Virus record (IMG/VR): IMGVR_UViG_3300045988_064749
Direction: 5' to 3' (one strand)
Length of the DNA: 45,508 nucleotides
Source of the DNA: a virus
Numbering within the stretch: position 1 is the stretch's first letter; every line of letters starts with the position of its first letter. This document shows, piece by piece, positions 40,947-45,508 of the stretch. The notes under the pieces are model-generated. The model was not told where the DNA came from and did no database searches. It saw only the letters and a program-made list of their open reading frames with translations. The position numbers and the translations under genes were made by a program.

Positions 40947-41522
40947 ATGAACCTTAAAGAAGTGCTTGGGAACGCTTACAAAGAGGGTATGACTTTTGAG
41001 GAGGTCGAAGCCGCTCTGGAAAAGGTGACTGTCCCGGAAGACAATTCCGCTGAAATCGAACGGCTGAAAAATGCCCTCTCCAAGAGCAACAGCGAAGCCG
41101 CTGGCTACAAGAAACAGCTCCGAGAGAAAATGACTGAGGACGAACAGAAGAAGCAAAAGGAGCAGGAGGAGCGGGAGGAGCTTCAAAACAAGTATGACAA
41201 GCTCCTGCGTGAATCCGTTATCGCCAAAAACAAGGCGAAGCTGGTCGCTCTCGGCTATGAGGAAGCTCTTGCCGATGAAACAGCAGAAGCTATGGCCGAT
41301 GGTGACTCTGAGAAAGTGTTCGCCAATCAGCAGAAGCACTTGACTTCTTTTGAGAAGAAGGTTCGTGCGGAAGCTCTCAAGAATACACCGAAACCTACTC
41401 CCGATGGGGATTCCAAGACCATGACGCTCGAAAAGTTCCGAAAACTCGACCCGATGGAGCGTCACAAGTTCTCTGAGGAACACCCGGAGGAATACAAAGA
41501 ACTTTATGGAGGTAAAGAGTAA
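40947..41522 (+). CDS. Scaffolding protein.
   Basis: AAGGAGG RBS. The protein is highly charged and coiled-coil-like. It lies between the portal and capsid genes. Confidence 0.7.
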   Translation: MNLKEVLGNAYKEGMTFEEVEAALEKVTVPEDNSAEIERLKNALSKSNSEAAGYKKQLREKMTEDEQKKQKEQEEREELQNKYDKLLRESVIAKNKAKLVALGYEEALADETAEAMADGDSEKVFANQQKHLTSFEKKVRAEALKNTPKPTPDGDSKTMTLEKFRKLDPMERHKFSEEHPEEYKELYGGKE

Positions 41523-42442
41523 TGGCGCATAAGATTTATGATAACTTCTATCTCTCCAATGAGATTGAAGACCAGTACAATTCCCACCTTGATCTGCAAC
41601 AGTTTTGCACTGTGGATAACTCCCTTGTGGGACAGGCCGGCATGATTCGCAAGATCAATGTCTACAAGGCCACCGATGGCACTGAAAAGCTGGAAATGAC
41701 TAAGGGTAATACCAAGTCTATCGAGGTCACTTACACCCCGGAGGAGTACAAGATTCTGCTTGCTCAGAACCGCTTCGAGTACTATGACGAACAGGCCATG
41801 ACTGACCCCATGCTGGTGCCTGTCGGTGTTCGCCACATGGGTACGGATATGTTCAACACCGTCAACAAGGACATCTACGGCGAGTTCAAGAAAGCCACTC
41901 AGGTTGTTGTCACCACCGGCTTCAATTTTGACTGTTTTGCTGACGCTCAGAGCGTACTGAACCTTGAGAACCTTGAGGGTGTGTCTATCTTCGCTTTCGT
42001 GTGTGCGTCTGACATGGCTGACATTCGTAAGGCTCTGAAAGACACCTTGCAGTATGTTGAGAAGTTCGCTGTGAACGGTTATGTCGGTACGGTTGCCGGT
42101 GTAAACCTGTACACCAAGAAGGACGCAACCCCCGGTGATATTATTATCGCCACCCGTGAAGCCGTTACCCTGTTCAACAAGAAGGGTACTGAGGTCGAAC
42201 AGCCCCCTCGTGATTCCGGGGACGCTAATATTCGTAAGAATACTATCTTCTCCCGTAAGTACTACCTTGCGGCTCTGACTGACGAGACCAAGGCGGTAAA
42301 AATTCACAAGGGTACTGCTACTCTCACTTCCGACACTTCTGTAACGCCTGATAAGGTTTACTACAAGAAGGTCGGCAATGGTTATGTGGTGGGGACTCCC
42401 GATACCAACCCGAACTCCGAGGGCTTTTACGAGATTGCCTAA
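41522..42442 (+). CDS. Major capsid protein.
   Basis: TAATG overlap with the scaffold gene. 306 aa. Position supports the call. Confidence 0.75.
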   Translation: MAHKIYDNFYLSNEIEDQYNSHLDLQQFCTVDNSLVGQAGMIRKINVYKATDGTEKLEMTKGNTKSIEVTYTPEEYKILLAQNRFEYYDEQAMTDPMLVPVGVRHMGTDMFNTVNKDIYGEFKKATQVVVTTGFNFDCFADAQSVLNLENLEGVSIFAFVCASDMADIRKALKDTLQYVEKFAVNGYVGTVAGVNLYTKKDATPGDIIIATREAVTLFNKKGTEVEQPPRDSGDANIRKNTIFSRKYYLAALTDETKAVKIHKGTATLTSDTSVTPDKVYYKKVGNGYVVGTPDTNPNSEGFYEIA

Positions 42443-42463
42443 GCTGAATGGAGGTGCGACAAC

Positions 42464-42781
42464 ATGACTCAGGAAGAAAAGCTGACCGCTCTCAAGGCCA
42501 TGGTAGGAAGTTTTGACTCTGACGAAGTGTTGTCCACCTACCTCAGTTTTGCGGGAAGCAAGATTCTTGCGAAAGCCTATCCGTATCAGAACGATGTGAC
42601 CGAAGTACCGGCGCAATACGCACACCTTCAAGTGGAAATTGCGGCGTATATGCTGAATAAGCGTGGGGCTGAGGGACAGACCTCTCACACCGAGAATGGT
42701 GTGTCGAGGAGCTATGAAAATGGTGATGTTCCTCCCTCCATGCTGAAAGCGGTCATTCCCGCTTGTGGGGTGATTCGATGA
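42464..42781 (+). CDS. Head-tail connector (gp6-like/Phage_connect_1-like).
   Basis: GGAGGTG RBS. 105 aa. Position supports the call. Confidence 0.55.
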   Translation: MTQEEKLTALKAMVGSFDSDEVLSTYLSFAGSKILAKAYPYQNDVTEVPAQYAHLQVEIAAYMLNKRGAEGQTSHTENGVSRSYENGDVPPSMLKAVIPACGVIR

Positions 42782-43185
42782 AGTGTATGAACCGAAACAA
42801 AGTCAAATTCCATTACGCCTTGTATGAGGGCAAAACTCCTATTACAGATGATTATGGGAATGTGACCGGCGAGTACGAAGTTCAGCATGGCAAGCCTACA
42901 GAGTTTTTCGCCAACATTTCAGCGGCAAAGGGAGAAACACAGACCCGGCAGTTTGGGGAAAACGAGTCCTATGACAAGGTGATCGTCATGGACGGTGACG
43001 CTCCCCCGATTGACGAATACGCTGTGCTTTGGGTTGACCGCACACCACAACTGGACGAGGAGGGCAATCTTGCGGTGAATGAAAAGGGCGAGGTTATTAC
43101 TCCTCATGATTACATCGTGAAAAAGGTCGCTAAAAGTCTCAATGTGGTGTCGCTGGCGATAAGCAAGGTGAGCGTAAGTGGGTAA
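42778..43185 (+). CDS. Head-closure/head-tail joining protein.
   Basis: ATGA overlap with the upstream gene. Position supports the call. Confidence 0.5.
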   Translation: MKCMNRNKVKFHYALYEGKTPITDDYGNVTGEYEVQHGKPTEFFANISAAKGETQTRQFGENESYDKVIVMDGDAPPIDEYAVLWVDRTPQLDEEGNLAVNEKGEVITPHDYIVKKVAKSLNVVSLAISKVSVSG

Positions 43186-43705
43186 AAAGGTAATTCGTAT
43201 CAGCCTGTCAGAAAAAGACATCGACAGGGCTATCAAAGAGCTTGAGCAATACAAGCGAGAGATTATCCGCAAAACGGAACTTCTTCGTACCAAAGTTGCG
43301 GAACGGATTGCGAACCTTGCACAGAGCGGGTTTAACGGTGCTGTTGTGGACGATCTCACCAATGAGAGCGGCGGCGCAAGGACAGCCGAGGTACAAGTTT
43401 CCATTGACGAACGGGAGAATGTCTCAATCGTTATCGCCGCTGGCGAGGACGCTGTTTGGGTGGAGTTTGGCGCAGGTGTGTATCACAACGGTTCAGCCGG
43501 TAGCTCTCCCCACCCGAAAGGTTCTGAGCTTGGTTTCACGATTGGCGGTTACGGCAAAGGCATGGGCAAGCGGCAGACATGGGGGTTCTATGAAAACGGA
43601 GAACTACGCCTGACACATGGTACTCCTGCCATTATGCCTATGTACAATGCGGTGAAAACCGTCTGTGATGAAATTGCGGATATTGCGAGGGAGGTGTTCA
43701 GATGA
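43178..43705 (+). CDS. HK97 gp10-like neck/tail-attachment protein.
   Basis: GTG start. Contains ...VWVEFGAGV... The call rests on this motif and on position. Confidence 0.5.
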   Translation: MGKKVIRISLSEKDIDRAIKELEQYKREIIRKTELLRTKVAERIANLAQSGFNGAVVDDLTNESGGARTAEVQVSIDERENVSIVIAAGEDAVWVEFGAGVYHNGSAGSSPHPKGSELGFTIGGYGKGMGKRQTWGFYENGELRLTHGTPAIMPMYNAVKTVCDEIADIAREVFR

Positions 43706-44106
43706 TCGACATGGAAACAGAGATTTTCAATGAGGTTTCGGCAAAAGTGCAAGATCAGTACCCGGACATCTTTATGACCGGCGAATATGCCAAAACCCCT
43801 TCTTCTTTCCCTTGCGCTTCTCTCGTGGAAGTGGATAACGCTACTTTCCGCAACACGCAGACCACAGAAAGCAAGGAAAACCATGTTGCGGTCATGTATG
43901 AACTGAATGTCTACTCCAACCGCACAAAAGGGAAAAAGGCTGAGTGTAAGGAAATCGCCGGTTTCATTGATGAAATCCTGATGGGGCTGAATTTTACCAG
44001 AACCATGCTTGAGCCTGTTCCCAACCAAGACGATGCGACCATCTATCGTATGCTCGGCAGATACCGGGCTGTGATTTCTAAAGAAAAGACAATTTACAGG
44101 AGGTAA
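43702..44106 (+). CDS. Tail terminator/tail completion protein.
   Basis: ATGA overlap with the upstream gene. It lies immediately before the major tail protein gene. Confidence 0.5.
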   Translation: MIDMETEIFNEVSAKVQDQYPDIFMTGEYAKTPSSFPCASLVEVDNATFRNTQTTESKENHVAVMYELNVYSNRTKGKKAECKEIAGFIDEILMGLNFTRTMLEPVPNQDDATIYRMLGRYRAVISKEKTIYRR

Positions 44107-44112
44107 TGAATC

Positions 44113-44541
44113 ATGGCGATTTCTACTTACAAGATTTTCCTGATGAAGAAATCCACTTCCACTTATGAGAAGCTGATTGACATTAAGGAATTTCCCGATC
44201 TCGGCGGTGCGCCCGAAATGCTGGAAACCACCACCCTGTCTGACAATATGCAGACCTACATTCCGGGTGTCCAATCTCTTGACGCTCTTGAGTTCACAGC
44301 GAACTACACCAAAGAGGACTTTACCAAGCTGAAAGCCCTTGAGGGTCAGGAGTGCGAGTTTGCGGTTTGGTTCGGCGGCACTGGCGAGGGCGGCACTCTG
44401 ACTCCTACCGGCACTGACGGTAAGTTTGAGTTCACGGGTCAGCTCTCCGTATTCCCGGTTGGCGGCGGTGTCAACGAAGTTGTGGACATGACCGTCACTA
44501 TCGCTCCCTCTACGCCTATCACTATGGCTTCTGAGGACTAA
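44113..44541 (+). CDS. Major tail protein.
   Basis: AGGAGG RBS. 142 aa. It precedes the G/GT chaperone genes. Confidence 0.7.
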   Translation: MAISTYKIFLMKKSTSTYEKLIDIKEFPDLGGAPEMLETTTLSDNMQTYIPGVQSLDALEFTANYTKEDFTKLKALEGQECEFAVWFGGTGEGGTLTPTGTDGKFEFTGQLSVFPVGGGVNEVVDMTVTIAPSTPITMASED

Positions 44542-44567
44542 GTAAGATTTAACAGGAGGACAGAAAA

Positions 44568-44897
44568 ATGGCAAAGCAGTTGAATTTCACCTATGATGGC
44601 AAGGACTACACGCTGGAATTTACCCGCAGAACGGTTGCGGAAATGGAGAAGAAGGGCTTTATCGCTTCTGACATCACCGAGAAGCCTATGACTACGCTCC
44701 CTGCGTTGTTTGCAGGTGCGTTCCTCGCCCATCATCGTTTCGTCAAGGAAGACATTATCGATGACATCTATTCCAAACTTACCAAGAAGGAAGACCTTAT
44801 CGGCAAGCTCGCAGAAATGTATAACGAGCCGATTCTGGCTCTGGTAGAGGAGCCTGAGAAAGCCGAGGGAAACTTGGACTGGACAGCGACTTGGTAA
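44568..44897 (+). CDS. Tail assembly chaperone (G-like).
   Basis: AGGAGG RBS. It lies upstream of the tape measure gene and contains the slippery site near its end. Confidence 0.75.
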   Translation: MAKQLNFTYDGKDYTLEFTRRTVAEMEKKGFIASDITEKPMTTLPALFAGAFLAHHRFVKEDIIDDIYSKLTKKEDLIGKLAEMYNEPILALVEEPEKAEGNLDWTATW

Positions 44898-45334
44898 GTG
44901 GATCGCTGTCCTCCACTGAGGGGAGTGGTGGTAGCTCTGCCACTGCTCCCCTCTCCACTTACGCAGAAAAATTTAATGAGTTGTTTCCCCACTACCTCGC
45001 TATCGGTATGACCGAGGAACAGTATTGGGACAAAGACTGTATGCTTGTGGCGGCATACCGAAAAGCAGAAGAACTCAGAATGAACCGCAGAAATCAGGAA
45101 ATGTGGCTACAGGGTGCGTATTTCTATGACGCTCTGTGTCGGGTGTCTCCAATCCTACACGCTTTTGCCAAAAAAGGCGCAAAGCCTGTTCCGTACCTCT
45201 CAGAAGCCTATGCGCTTACTGAGAAACAAGTTGAACTCCGAGAGGAGGAACACGCCAAGGGTGTGTACGACAAGGGCAAGAAAATGATGGAAGGGTTCAT
45301 GGTTAGCCACAATAAAAAGTTTGAAGGGAAGTGA
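44568..45334 (+). CDS. Tail assembly chaperone GT-like fusion made by a -1 frameshift at 44867-44873.
   Basis: The -1 frame is open from the slippery site to 45334. The downstream ORF has no RBS of its own. Confidence 0.7.
44867..44873 (+). promoter_or_regulatory. Programmed -1 ribosomal frameshift slippery heptamer G GGA AAC.
   Basis: X XXY YYZ pattern in the zero frame (codons GGA AAC), 8 codons before the G stop. Confidence 0.7.
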
Positions 45335-45339
45335 GCAGT

Positions 45340-45508
45340 ATGTCTACGACAATCGAGCAGTTGGAACTTGAAGTACAGTCTAATTCTACATCTGCCGTTG
45401 GCGGCATAGACGCACTTTCCGAGTCTCTAAGGCGGTTGAAAGCCGCTACTGCTCCTGTGAGCAAAGGCGGAGTTGGCCTTGGCGCATTATCGAACTCCCT
45501 AAAAAAAT
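45340..45508 (+). CDS. Tape measure protein, N-terminal 56 codons (continues at base 100 of the window).
   Basis: ATG 45340. Sequence MSTTIEQLELEVQSNSTSAVGGIDALSESLRRLKAAT... is in phase with ORF 27..4262. Confidence 0.85.
   Translation, partial: MSTTIEQLELEVQSNSTSAVGGIDALSESLRRLKAATAPVSKGGVGLGALSNSLKK
45410..45508. repeat. Terminal direct repeat (identical to 1-99).
   Basis: Direct comparison of the two ends. Confidence 0.95.

Overview
This window is a complete temperate siphovirus-type phage or prophage genome. Bases 1-99 are identical to 45410-45508, so the unique length is about 45.4 kb and the map is circular or circularly permuted. Ribosome-binding sites are AGGAGG-like, which points to a Firmicutes/Clostridia-like host. 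Nearly all genes are on the + strand. Reading from the left, the tape measure gene starts at 45340 and wraps across the window junction to 4262. Tail-tip and fibre genes follow (4276-9956). Next is a diversity-generating retroelement (DGR): variable tail-fibre protein 8016-9956, VR 9823-9942, TR 10037-10156, RT 10272-11369, with no Avd gene. The lysis cassette runs from 12105 to 14188. On the minus strand sit a large serine integrase (14342-15889, no canonical start codon) and an XRE-type repressor (15911-16300). The immunity switch uses face-to-face consensus promoters. The early operon (16548-31922) encodes a cro-like protein, a membrane-anchored lytic transglycosylase, a sigma-like protein, a RecU/Hjc-like resolvase and an SF2 helicase. 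It also encodes a family-B polymerase read in frame into an ERF annealase, a YqaJ exonuclease, nucleotide-metabolism genes, a prim-pol, a MazF-like toxin, a Dam-like methyltransferase, ThyX and a D5/P4 primase-helicase. terS (32174-32770) is then separated from terL (37533-39173) by a 4.7-kb accessory island. The island has its own promoters and terminators, an iteron-like non-coding block, an HTH gene and a small serine invertase/resolvase. After terL come portal, scaffold, capsid, connectors, major tail protein and a -1 frameshifted G/GT chaperone. The observations most worth follow-up are these. (1) The Avd-less DGR has strictly adenine-specific VR/TR differences. (2) Three copies of a ~108-bp palindromic element sit at module boundaries and touch both serine-recombinase genes. 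(3) Three G8-G10 homopolymer tracts lie inside early genes; one splits the methyltransferase and one changes the C-terminus of an orphan MazF-like toxin. (4) Two copies of a structured terminator-like hairpin bracket terL. (5) A 19-bp operator-like palindrome recurs at distant consensus promoters. (6) A CGACT repeat array lies at the terS 3' end. All functional calls rest on motifs I recognised by eye; no database search was possible.
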